Positions 31,236-40,017 of a stretch of 64,000 bases of DNA are shown piece by piece. The stretch is from a virus. Made by a program: the position numbers and the translations under genes. The notes beneath the pieces were generated by a model, which saw only the letters and a program-made list of their open reading frames with translations, was not told the DNA's origin and searched no databases. The DNA lies in the IMG/VR virus record IMGVR_UViG_3300039183_000005, positions 104,333-168,332 of that record; one strand, written 5' to 3'. The first letter of the stretch is position 1. Each line of letters starts with the position of its first letter.

Positions 31236-32795
31236 TTAATTTAAACTGATTTTTCTTTCACCAATTTTTGGCGGTGCAGTTTTTGGTGGTGGATTGGCAG
31301 GCTTAGCGTGATTAGCGCACCATTGTCTAATGTTTGCTACGCGACTAGCTTCTGTTTTTGATAAAGGTATAATTTCCGGAACAGCTTGTTTTAAGTGATA
31401 GGTTTTAAGTTGTTCCTTTTTCGAAAACGCCATTTTTAGACCAAGCTTAACAACTTGCTCAATATCGGCGCCAGTAAAGCCATCGGTTGATTTTGCCAAC
31501 ATATTAATGTCGAAATCATTTGGATCACGATTTCTTTTAATTAAATGTATAGTGAATATTTCTATACGCTCTTTTTCTGCTGGAAGATCAAGGCCATATA
31601 TTTCGTCGAATCGGCCTTTTCTGGAAAGTTCTGGAGGAAGTGATTGAATTTGGTTTGCAGTAGCGATTATGTATACCGAGGACTGTCTATCGTTTAACCA
31701 TTTTATAAATGATCCGAATAATCTGCGAGATGCCCCGCCATCAAAGTCGCCAGAGCCACCGAAACCTTTTTCTATTTCGTCTAAAACCAATTCGCATGGA
31801 GATACGCTTTCTATCATTTTAATAGCCTCTCGCATATTTCGTTCCGATTCTCCAACGAACTTGTTCATAAGATTGCCGACATCCATTGCAATAATTGGCA
31901 ACCCTAGTTCAGATGCAATAGCGGAAGATAATAGAGTTTTTCCGCATCCCTGCAATCCGACAAGCATAAGACCCCGTGGGAATTCAATGCCGAAATCCCT
32001 AGCTTCTTTTGAAAAACATGGACGATCTAACAAAACATGCTGTTTAATTGCGTCATAACCACCAACCAAAGATAGTCCGCCACTGGGCGGTTCAATATAG
32101 GTTAATAACCCAGATGCCCGAATTACTCCAGCCTTTTCACGAATAATAGTTTTGATTGCATCACCATTTAAGTCTTTATGTTTTCTTAATGCCAATGCTA
32201 CTCTATCGACAATTTGTTGAGAGGTCATACCCCTACATGCGTCTACAATTTTTGGGATAATGGTTTTGCTTGGTTCAAATTTAGTTCCATCAGATTTTGT
32301 TACTTCGCTACATACAAAATCGATTCGTTCATTAATTTGTTCATTATTTGGTAATGCGAAATCCATTTGAGTTATGTCGTGAGATAGTGATTTCGGGATA
32401 TCAAAATTAGGTCCGACCATAACTATTGTTTGTTGCACAGAAGCTACAATTTTTCGAAGTTCGTCTAGCCAGCCAATTACTACGTCGTATCGTGGATATG
32501 TTACGTGTTGAAAATATTCACCACAATCACGTAGGATGCAGATTGTTTTTTCTGGAAAATCTACTATGGCTTGTATATGATCTTCTACCGGGGCGGCTGG
32601 TACTACTTCGCAAACTTTGTTGCCATTTTCGTCGATCCATCCCTGCGCAATAGACCAAATATATACTTTACGATCTATCTTTTTCGCTACTTTCGCAATT
32701 TCGCTGATGGCACGATCTTTTTCGAAAGTGTCGACATGTAACAAGGCATGACCAGAACAACAGTAATCGGCAAAATCCTCACCAAAATTATTCAT
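31236..32795 (-). CDS. Ycf46-like AAA+ ATPase (degenerate N-terminal module, active C-terminal module)
   Basis: PRGLMLVGLQGCGKT; VGESE; LDEIEKG; RKGRFDE; GFTGADIEQ. Confidence 0.88.
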   Translation of the reverse strand: MNNFGEDFADYCCSGHALLHVDTFEKDRAISEIAKVAKKIDRKVYIWSIAQGWIDENGNKVCEVVPAAPVEDHIQAIVDFPEKTICILRDCGEYFQHVTYPRYDVVIGWLDELRKIVASVQQTIVMVGPNFDIPKSLSHDITQMDFALPNNEQINERIDFVCSEVTKSDGTKFEPSKTIIPKIVDACRGMTSQQIVDRVALALRKHKDLNGDAIKTIIREKAGVIRASGLLTYIEPPSGGLSLVGGYDAIKQHVLLDRPCFSKEARDFGIEFPRGLMLVGLQGCGKTLLSSAIASELGLPIIAMDVGNLMNKFVGESERNMREAIKMIESVSPCELVLDEIEKGFGGSGDFDGGASRRLFGSFIKWLNDRQSSVYIIATANQIQSLPPELSRKGRFDEIYGLDLPAEKERIEIFTIHLIKRNRDPNDFDINMLAKSTDGFTGADIEQVVKLGLKMAFSKKEQLKTYHLKQAVPEIIPLSKTEASRVANIRQWCANHAKPANPPPKTAPPKIGERKISLN

Positions 32796-32849
32796 ATTCT
32801 TGTCCCTTTAAATCAAGCTATTTATAAAAAAAAGACACTTGGTTATGTG

Positions 32850-33062
32850 TTATTCTTCTAGCAAATTGCGCGCAGTAAACAATTCGCTTCTAGTCGCATC
32901 AGCATCAAAACGCAGATATGTTACTAGTATTGCTACATGATCCAGCAATACTTCGATTTCGTCTTTGTGCAGATGGGATTGTTTTCTAGTCATTAGGTCT
33001 GAATCAATATCGGCCCTATCTAGAATAACTCTTAGCCTGGCTGCGATCTTCTTTTTGTCCAT
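32850..33062 (-). CDS. Small coiled-coil protein, paralog of 33746-33922
   Basis: YLRFDADATRSE....LLE. Confidence 0.6.
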   Translation of the reverse strand: MDKKKIAARLRVILDRADIDSDLMTRKQSHLHKDEIEVLLDHVAILVTYLRFDADATRSELFTARNLLEE

Positions 33063-33067
33063 ACCTT

Positions 33068-33094
33068 ATTATACGTGAAACCAAGTATTTTGTT
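33068..33094 (-). promoter_or_regulatory. Putative phage-specific promoter AACAAA-N15-TATAAT
   Basis: Minus strand AACAAA ATACTTGGTTTCACG TATAAT, 5 nt before the ATG at 33062. Confidence 0.7.
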
Positions 33095-33640
33095 TCACCG
33101 AAATCTAATTTTTTTCAGTATCGGTTATCGGAACTACAGCACCACTTTCGTTCCTTACTAAGTTAATTTTCTTCAACAGTCTCTTTTCTGTCTTGCAATC
33201 CGCTTCACAAAGTTGTTCCCAATGAGCGTTGCAAATGTTACGACCGATATACCTAAGCTCTGCGTAACATCTACATTTCGGAAACTCACATTGTTCCATA
33301 TGAATTATTCTTCAACTTTATCCGTTACGACATCTGGGTCCAAGTCTGTTTTGCTAATCTCGCCGCCGTACTGAACATCTCCACAATCCGATAAGACATG
33401 CCCCATTTTTCTAAGAATACTTGCACCCCTTCTTCTATCGTTTGTATTTTTCAATTGGTTTGCAAGTGATCCCATAATCCCTTTCTGAATAACGATAGTC
33501 GTTTCTCCTGTTTTTGTGTTGACTTCAATAATTTCGAATGCCGGATTGTTTCTATTTTTTTCATTACTAGACATTTTTCTTACTCCTGTTTTCCGACTGA
33601 CTTTTATGGCCGATTGTACGTAATCGGCTCTACACACCAA

Positions 33641-33667
33641 ATTATACGCGAAATCACTTAGTTTGTT
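33641..33667 (-). promoter_or_regulatory. Putative phage-specific promoter AACAAA-N15-TATAAT
   Basis: Minus strand AACAAA CTAAGTGATTTCGCG TATAAT. Confidence 0.65.
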
Positions 33668-33745
33668 GCCAAATTTATTATTATGTATTTTTTAAATGTT
33701 ACTTTAAAACTATTGTTATTAAAATTAAAATACTTTTATTCTGCA

Positions 33746-33922
33746 TTATTCTTGATCTTCCAATATCATGCGAAGATGATCTCGTTCACGACGGGTAGCT
33801 TCTAAATCAAACATTACATACTTTAGTGTAAAACGTATGGATTGTAGTGTTTCAGTGTCCAGGCGACCATCTTCTAATTTTGTTATTAATTGTTCAATTA
33901 GTGTTTCGAGTTTATTTTTCAT
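33746..33922 (-). CDS. 58-aa coiled-coil protein with a KYVMFDLEATRRE motif (not in the ORF track)
   Basis: Hand translation MKNKLETLIEQLITKLEDGRLDTETLQSIRFTLKYVMFDLEATRRERDHLRMILEDQE; AAGGA RBS. Confidence 0.7.
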   Translation of the reverse strand: MKNKLETLIEQLITKLEDGRLDTETLQSIRFTLKYVMFDLEATRRERDHLRMILEDQE

Positions 33923-34147
33923 TGTATTATTCCTTTTTAATCATATATTGATGGATATGACAAAAACATATATGATGATAATTGTAAATGTTCTATGGCT
34001 TCTTTTATTTTATCGTAGTCGATAAATTTTTCTGTTATTGGTGATTTATTTACACAATCACATTCGCAAGACCAAGTAAATAGGGTTATTCGTCCACTTC
34101 CACCGCAATTTTTACATTTTGGGTCTGGTTTCCCGTTTGGCATTATT

Positions 34148-34909
34148 TTATTTTCCTTGTTTTTTATCTCGTTCCATACATGAAAAACAGTCCATTCCTA
34201 AATCCAGTTGTTCTGCCCTCCATTTCCAGACGTGTTTTCTTGCGTCGTAGTAGTCAATTTCGCCGAAGTGTTTCCACGGGAAATATCCCATAGGGCACAA
34301 TGTTATCATACCTGTTTCTATTACCATCAATTGCCCTGTTTCTTTGCAACACCCACAGCAAACTTCGAATTCACGACTTGATAGGTGATTATCCCATGCT
34401 CTTCCAAGCGGCAATAGCTTATTATCTGGAATATTTACTCCATAAATCAATTTAGCTTTTGGACTGTGTTCGCGATATAGTCGTTGTGCTCGTTTGCTGA
34501 ATTTCTGGTGCCATTTATCATCGGATATTGCCACAAGAACTTCGTCGCAGATTTCACAAACAGAATCTATTGATAATAGGAACTTATTCGTAGCCATTTT
34601 GTCGTAGGCCCATTGACCGTTTGTAACTATAGATGCTTTATGTCTACCAGATGTCAGAGCTATGAGAATTTCTGGATAGTCTGGAAGTATCGTGAACTCT
34701 CCACCCATTATGTTTATTCTTATGTTTTTCGGCAACCATGTGTTTAATAATTCGCAGTCTCGGATAGATAACTGACCTATACATTCAGGGCCAGACCTGA
34801 AACAACAATGAGAACACCGTTCGTTACACTGGTTTGTCACCCTAGCCACAAATTCATTGGTCCATGAATTATTGCTCCACTTACTAAACCAGTGATTATA
34901 CTTTGGCAT
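34148..34909 (-). CDS. Radical SAM protein with a twitch/SPASM-like C-terminus
   Basis: CNERCSHC (CX3CX2C); MGGE; TNG; GRA; C-terminal G...LCP. Confidence 0.85.
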   Translation of the reverse strand: MPKYNHWFSKWSNNSWTNEFVARVTNQCNERCSHCCFRSGPECIGQLSIRDCELLNTWLPKNIRINIMGGEFTILPDYPEILIALTSGRHKASIVTNGQWAYDKMATNKFLLSIDSVCEICDEVLVAISDDKWHQKFSKRAQRLYREHSPKAKLIYGVNIPDNKLLPLGRAWDNHLSSREFEVCCGCCKETGQLMVIETGMITLCPMGYFPWKHFGEIDYYDARKHVWKWRAEQLDLGMDCFSCMERDKKQGK

Positions 34910-35678
34910 GAATTTTTTCTCTCGACAACCTGATAGATTGATCATGCTCCATGCATGAGCAGCAAGTCATCCCTCTTGTAAGTTGTTCTGATCGCCAATT
35001 TAATACATATTCCTTAGCTTCATACCATGAAGTCTCTGTGAAATGTTTCCACGGAAAATAACCAAACGGACACTTACACACCATTCCGTCTTCTGATATG
35101 AACATATTACCCATTGTGTTACATCTTGCCCATTTTTGTGGATCGGGGACAATATTATTATCCCACGCTCTTCCAACCGGAACAATCTCCGATACAGGAA
35201 GATTACCAGGATCAACTAATGTGACTTTTGGACAATTATTCTGCATAATTTCAAATGCTTTTGGCCACGTATGTTTGTGCCATTTGTCCGTTGATATAGC
35301 GACATCAACTTCTTTACATATTTCTGTAAGAGAGTTAATGGTTTTTATGAAATTTTTTCTGATTGTGAATATGCGAAACCATTGTCCATTTGTAACAATG
35401 CGGATATGATTTCTGTTTTTTGCCAGTACGTAAAGAATTTCTGGATAATTATGCAATATAGTTATTTCACCACCCATTATATTCGGACTAACATCATGCG
35501 GTATCTATCTATTAATATCGATACAATCATTAGTAGATATGTGGCCAACACATTTTGGGCCAGACCGGAAAGCACAGTGAATACACTTTTGATTGCATCT
35601 GTTTGTAACTCTTACTACACAGGCATTTATTGTTGTATTTGTTGTCCATATTTTTGGATATTTTTTATTGCTACTCAT
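34896..35678 (-). pseudogene. Paralogous radical SAM gene with an in-frame TAG at 35505-35507
   Basis: From ATG 35678: ..VTNRCNQKCIHCAFRSGP..DCIDINR*IPHDVSPNIMGGE... The stop aligns with Trp in the paralog (LNTWLP). Confidence 0.8.
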
Positions 35679-35865
35679 TATTTTGTATTTTCTCCCACTG
35701 CTCTAATTCAGTAGCACTGATTGATATTTAACCACAATCATTACATTCAGCTATTTTAGCATTCCTAATTAGAATTCGCTTGCCATTTAGGGTTATGCGA
35801 TGATTGTCTACCATTTTGACAATCATATTTCCAATACCGCATGATGGACACTTAAACCTTACCAT
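35671..35865 (-). pseudogene. YgiT/MqsA-type zinc-finger gene with an in-frame TAA at 35728-35730
   Basis: MVRFKCPSCG...AECNDCG*ISISATELEQWE..; the stop falls where CGE is expected. Confidence 0.6.
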
Positions 35866-36238
35866 TGGTTATCTCTTTAACAATAGTATTGAGAACATCT
35901 GCTCTGTTTTGTGCGTCTGTCTTCCTTTTGTACCAACCGCCAGTACAATTTGGTCCGGTGAACCAAGTTGTTAAATTATTCATATCTCTAACTGTGTATC
36001 CATATTTTTTAGTTTGACTTTTCCATGCCATATAATGTGGTTTTGTTGGTTTCCAATTGTCACTATGCATGTTTGTCATCCTTTGGTATCTTATACATCA
36101 TAGCTTTACAGACTAGCTTAAATTCCCAGTCAGATCGATAATGTCCCAGACTAATGAGAATAAATATGCCATCTATGATTTTTGCGAATGCAAAAATACA
36201 TGCATCCCAGTTAGTAGTTTGGTCTTTTTTACTAAAAA

Positions 36239-36892
36239 TCATTTGGTCCCCATTTCATTGGTCAGCAAATTTACATCGATTTCTTTATCTATTTCGCATC
36301 CACGAAGCCACTTGGCGAATTGTGCTACTCTTATGCCAGCCGATACGTTTGCGCAATAAATTGTTGTTTTTGCAGTACATGACCCAGAATAAGTTTCTCT
36401 CTGTGGGAATAGCGTTGTGTTATAGTGCTCTTTAGATTCTTCGTCGTGTGCGACGAAGATTCTCATATATTCTGCACTCATTCTTCCATCGATAAATAAG
36501 TCAGCTCGATTTTTGACTGCGTTAAAAATAGATTTTCGTGTTTCAATACTGTCTACACAACAAAATAACACACCTCCGGTAAACTGGATTGACATGAATT
36601 TTTTATTTGCAGTGTTTATTTCTATCGCCGGATTAATCATGCGACAAACATCTGCCGTTGCGTCAACTTTAGCACGACCCAAATCTGCTTCGAAATATCC
36701 TTGTGCTGCCAGATTTTCTACTTTTACTATATCAAAATCAATTAATTGAATTTTGGGCACACCAATTGCCGCTAGTTGCAGTGCAACCTGACGGCCACCA
36801 GCGCCAACTCCCACCACAGTCACTTTTGTGTCTTGCAATTTTTCTGGTGGAATTAGTTCTCTCTGACGGATGTCTCTATTTTCAATATTCAC
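36239..36892 (-). CDS. ThiF/E1-like Ubl-activating enzyme
   Basis: VVGVGAGG; IDFDIV...NL..Q; K; CVDSIETR; FIDGRM; candidate catalytic Cys in GSCT. Confidence 0.9.
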   Translation of the reverse strand: MNIENRDIRQRELIPPEKLQDTKVTVVGVGAGGRQVALQLAAIGVPKIQLIDFDIVKVENLAAQGYFEADLGRAKVDATADVCRMINPAIEINTANKKFMSIQFTGGVLFCCVDSIETRKSIFNAVKNRADLFIDGRMSAEYMRIFVAHDEESKEHYNTTLFPQRETYSGSCTAKTTIYCANVSAGIRVAQFAKWLRGCEIDKEIDVNLLTNEMGTK

Positions 36893-36924
36893 GCTTATTC
36901 CTCCATCATTGCCAAATCGCGTTC

Positions 36925-37836
36925 TTATAGATTTTCTTCAGCCCAAGCAACCACCATATTCGACCATTTTTGGATTGGTTTGTTTATCGCAACAATATCA
37001 TTTCGATTTTCACCAAAAGCATCTTCAGAAAACCATCTTTTTTCTATTGGATCATAAAAATACCACAAGGCATCATTATATTCAAAAAATGCAGCATAGC
37101 CGTTATCATCCCAATGGCAATCAAAGTCTAATTCTTCCACCCGATTAAGTTCATCCTGTTGCCGAGCCAACTGTTCGTACTTTTTATTCCACCATAGCGG
37201 GTCATCATCAGGTTTGTCGTCTTGTACCAGACAGGAACGAGTAATTCCACCTTCTTTTCCTGTCATGCAGAATTTCTCAATCTGTACTTTATCTTTATAT
37301 TCATTATTCCAGGCTTCAATGTTTGAACCATTAAATGGAACATTCCAATCTACTGCAATTTTTAGTTCTTTTACCACTCCCGGTCCAACGTTAATCTTCA
37401 ATCTACAGTAGATTTCTCCACCTCTTGCAATGATGAACATTATGGCCCAATATGGATGGGAAAACGCTTTTCGGAAATTTTCTTCATCGGTTCCGCTAGG
37501 TTGAGGACAATTTCCTGGATGGGAATGTAGTAAAATATTTTGACATGTCCAGGGCGGCATTCCAATATCCATCATTCGTTCTGCGTAATCCGCCATATCT
37601 TCTGAGTCAAAATCGAATGAAGCTCCAGTACATTTTTGTTTTATCAAAATGAAATCTGTAACTAAAAGTGGGTCTTCAGTTCCGGTTACTCCATAACCAG
37701 CTACTTCAGTTGGCCCTTTATCTCTCATATAAATTAATTTTGCAAAACTGTATGGAGTAAATCGCAATGTATCTCCAAAAGTCATTTTTGGCGTCGTGAA
37801 TTTTTTACTCATACTCCTATTCCTTCTAATAGACAA
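36925..37836 (-). CDS. JAB/JAMM (MPN+) metallopeptidase
   Basis: TEVAG (Glu) plus HSHPGNCPQPSGTD = HxH-x7-S-x2-D. Confidence 0.88.
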   Translation of the reverse strand: MSIRRNRSMSKKFTTPKMTFGDTLRFTPYSFAKLIYMRDKGPTEVAGYGVTGTEDPLLVTDFILIKQKCTGASFDFDSEDMADYAERMMDIGMPPWTCQNILLHSHPGNCPQPSGTDEENFRKAFSHPYWAIMFIIARGGEIYCRLKINVGPGVVKELKIAVDWNVPFNGSNIEAWNNEYKDKVQIEKFCMTGKEGGITRSCLVQDDKPDDDPLWWNKKYEQLARQQDELNRVEELDFDCHWDDNGYAAFFEYNDALWYFYDPIEKRWFSEDAFGENRNDIVAINKPIQKWSNMVVAWAEENL

Positions 37837-39059
37837 CCATGTTCTTCAAGACAGGATGAACACATTGGAACTCCACAGTGTTCACATGTTGTTTGACAAT
37901 CTTCGCAAATACTCTTTTGACAACTATGACATTCATCAAGACACTCTTTGCAGCAATTCTCTTCACAAAGACCGCATGTAATCATACATTTTTCACATAT
38001 AGGTTTATTGCAACAAGAACACGCCGATATACATGGATTGCAGAAATATTCCTGACAAATAGTGCATTGGCTTAGACACGACGAACAGTAATTTTTTTCG
38101 CATTCGGTACACATACTTGCACAGTTGTTGCAAAGTGCCTCTCCGCATTCATTACATTGTGTACCACATTCACTACACATCCATTGGTCACACACACAAC
38201 ACGCATCACCATTTTCTGCACAATTTTCACAGTAGTTACAGTCACACATTGCACAATAGTACCCACATTCATCTGGACACCATTCCCTACAATTTTCACA
38301 ACAGAACTCCCCTTCGTGGTCTGGTTCATACCATTTTTCTAATTTGTCATACGGTGAATCATCATTATATGTTCGTAGAATAGATTCTACAACTCTAAAA
38401 CAATCTTCGAGTCTACCCTGGCATATGGCATTTGTTATAGCTTCTTCTCCTTTCCCTTGACATAAAGATTCATCTCCAATGTGTGGATGATAATATCCTC
38501 CTAATGATTGTATTTCATTTACTGACTCTATAGTTATGTTATACGGATTCGTTAGATCAATGTGTACCCAAAAGTGCCCAAGGTCTACTTCTTCATTTTC
38601 ATCTTCGAGCACAACATCCTCGATAAGTACCGATAGTTTGTTGTCGCGAAATTTAACATTTTTCCAGGCGTTGCTAATTATTCTAATTTCTTCTGTTATT
38701 TCTTTTAGCGACAATGGTGTTACTAGACCTTTTTCTGTCATGATTTTAATTATTGCCATTGCTTGGCGTGTCATTTCTATAACACTATCTCCAATGTTTG
38801 GAATCATGGTTGTCGCAATATTTTCGTATACACTTGGATTTACAATTCCCAGATGTCGGACTGATGGTTCCCATTCATTAACTTGGACACGCGGACTTGT
38901 TCCAGCAATAAATCTATCGTACCATCGTTTTATTTCTTCCAATTTGATAGCAGCATTTGTTATTGCATTACTTGCGCTCATATTGAGATTAACAGATTGT
39001 TGTTCCACCATCCATTTGTGATATTTGATAGCAGCTCTGCGTATTAGTTTTTCATTCAC
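37809..39059 (-). CDS. Prokaryotic E2-like protein fused to about 10 Cys-rich repeats
   Basis: LGHFWV.I; HPHIGDESLC (E2 active-site-like); ILRTYN..SPY; C-terminal (CxxC-x4-CxxC-x3) repeats. Confidence 0.72.
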   Translation of the reverse strand: MNEKLIRRAAIKYHKWMVEQQSVNLNMSASNAITNAAIKLEEIKRWYDRFIAGTSPRVQVNEWEPSVRHLGIVNPSVYENIATTMIPNIGDSVIEMTRQAMAIIKIMTEKGLVTPLSLKEITEEIRIISNAWKNVKFRDNKLSVLIEDVVLEDENEEVDLGHFWVHIDLTNPYNITIESVNEIQSLGGYYHPHIGDESLCQGKGEEAITNAICQGRLEDCFRVVESILRTYNDDSPYDKLEKWYEPDHEGEFCCENCREWCPDECGYYCAMCDCNYCENCAENGDACCVCDQWMCSECGTQCNECGEALCNNCASMCTECEKNYCSSCLSQCTICQEYFCNPCISACSCCNKPICEKCMITCGLCEENCCKECLDECHSCQKSICEDCQTTCEHCGVPMCSSCLEEHGCLLEGIGV

Positions 39060-39471
39060 AGTAAATTTTTCCTATATTTAAAACCGATTATTTTGCCAAA
39101 TTAACAAATTTAGTATTCCGACTAAAATTCGACGAAAAATTTACCATTTGATTCTCGCCATATAATACACTTATTGTTTACGTCATATTCCTACGGTAAG
39201 GCTAACTAGCCTTACTTTTGGTCAAGTCAGGTGGATTGTTTTATTCATCTGATCTTGCTAGACATTCAGCCAGTCCTCCGACATAATCTTCTAGGTGAAG
39301 TAACACTTCACTATATCCAAATGCGTGACCTTTTTCCCAAGCCATATACGATAGCCAGCCACGAAATTTTTTGGGAATTCGATTTAGAAGTTCGGTTTGC
39401 TTGGCCTCGAACTCTTCTTCAGTTATTCTGCTCATTGTGTTTGCCTATAATTTGATACGTGATTATTAACC

Positions 39472-39505
39472 AAAAGGGGGTGGGGGAACGTATCTCCCCC
39501 ACCCC
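39472..39505 (-). terminator. Intrinsic terminator after the Ubl gene
   Basis: Minus strand 11-bp stem GGGGTGGGGGA/TCCCCCACCCC followed by CTTTT. Confidence 0.75.
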
Positions 39506-39540
39506 GTGTGGTATTAATACCGATGACCTTACACCATCTA

Positions 39541-40017
39541 TTACGAACGCTTCGTCAGCTTACTCCGAACCAACTCGGCATCTTCTTTACTAAGACCGCT
39601 AAGCAACTTGGAAACAGTCTTCGGAAGCTTATCCCTAGACATTTGTACTCTCTTTAATTTATATGCGAGAGTAAGTACATTTGGATCGGTATCGGCGGCA
39701 AGTCGCTCAGCGATAGTTACATTATCAGTGCTCATTTTGGTCCTCAGAGAAGCTATCTGCTCCTCATTTGTTCCTGGACCTTTACCCGCGTCGCCCTCGA
39801 TCTTTTTCGGCGCCAGACTTACCCTGTCACCGTCTTGAAGGACATAATCCAGATGAGCTTCGACAGTCATGCCATTTGCACGAACTCGGATTGTGAAATC
39901 ATCCAAATCGCGACCGAAAGAAACCTCAAGAAATTTTTCCAACGTCGTTCCATTGACAACGGGAATCTTGCGCGGAATACCAGAACCGTCATTTGTTACC
40001 AACATTACCTCGATCAT
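39541..40017 (-). CDS. Ubiquitin-like (beta-grasp) protein precursor with an 83-aa C-terminal extension
   Basis: V.LV...G..GTTL..FL...IRV.N....YVLQDGDRVSLAPKKIEG(75), then a helical basic tail; lies upstream of E2-JAB-E1. Confidence 0.8.
   Translation of the reverse strand: MIEVMLVTNDGSGIPRKIPVVNGTTLEKFLEVSFGRDLDDFTIRVRANGMTVEAHLDYVLQDGDRVSLAPKKIEGDAGKGPGTNEEQIASLRTKMSTDNVTIAERLAADTDPNVLTLAYKLKRVQMSRDKLPKTVSKLLSGLSKEDAELVRSKLTKRS

Noticed and set aside
36239-40017. Thiamine or molybdopterin biosynthesis (ThiF/ThiS, MoeB/MoaD)
   Set aside because: No thiG, moaE or similar genes are present. The E2-like and JAB partners and the blocked Ubl C-terminus favour protein conjugation.
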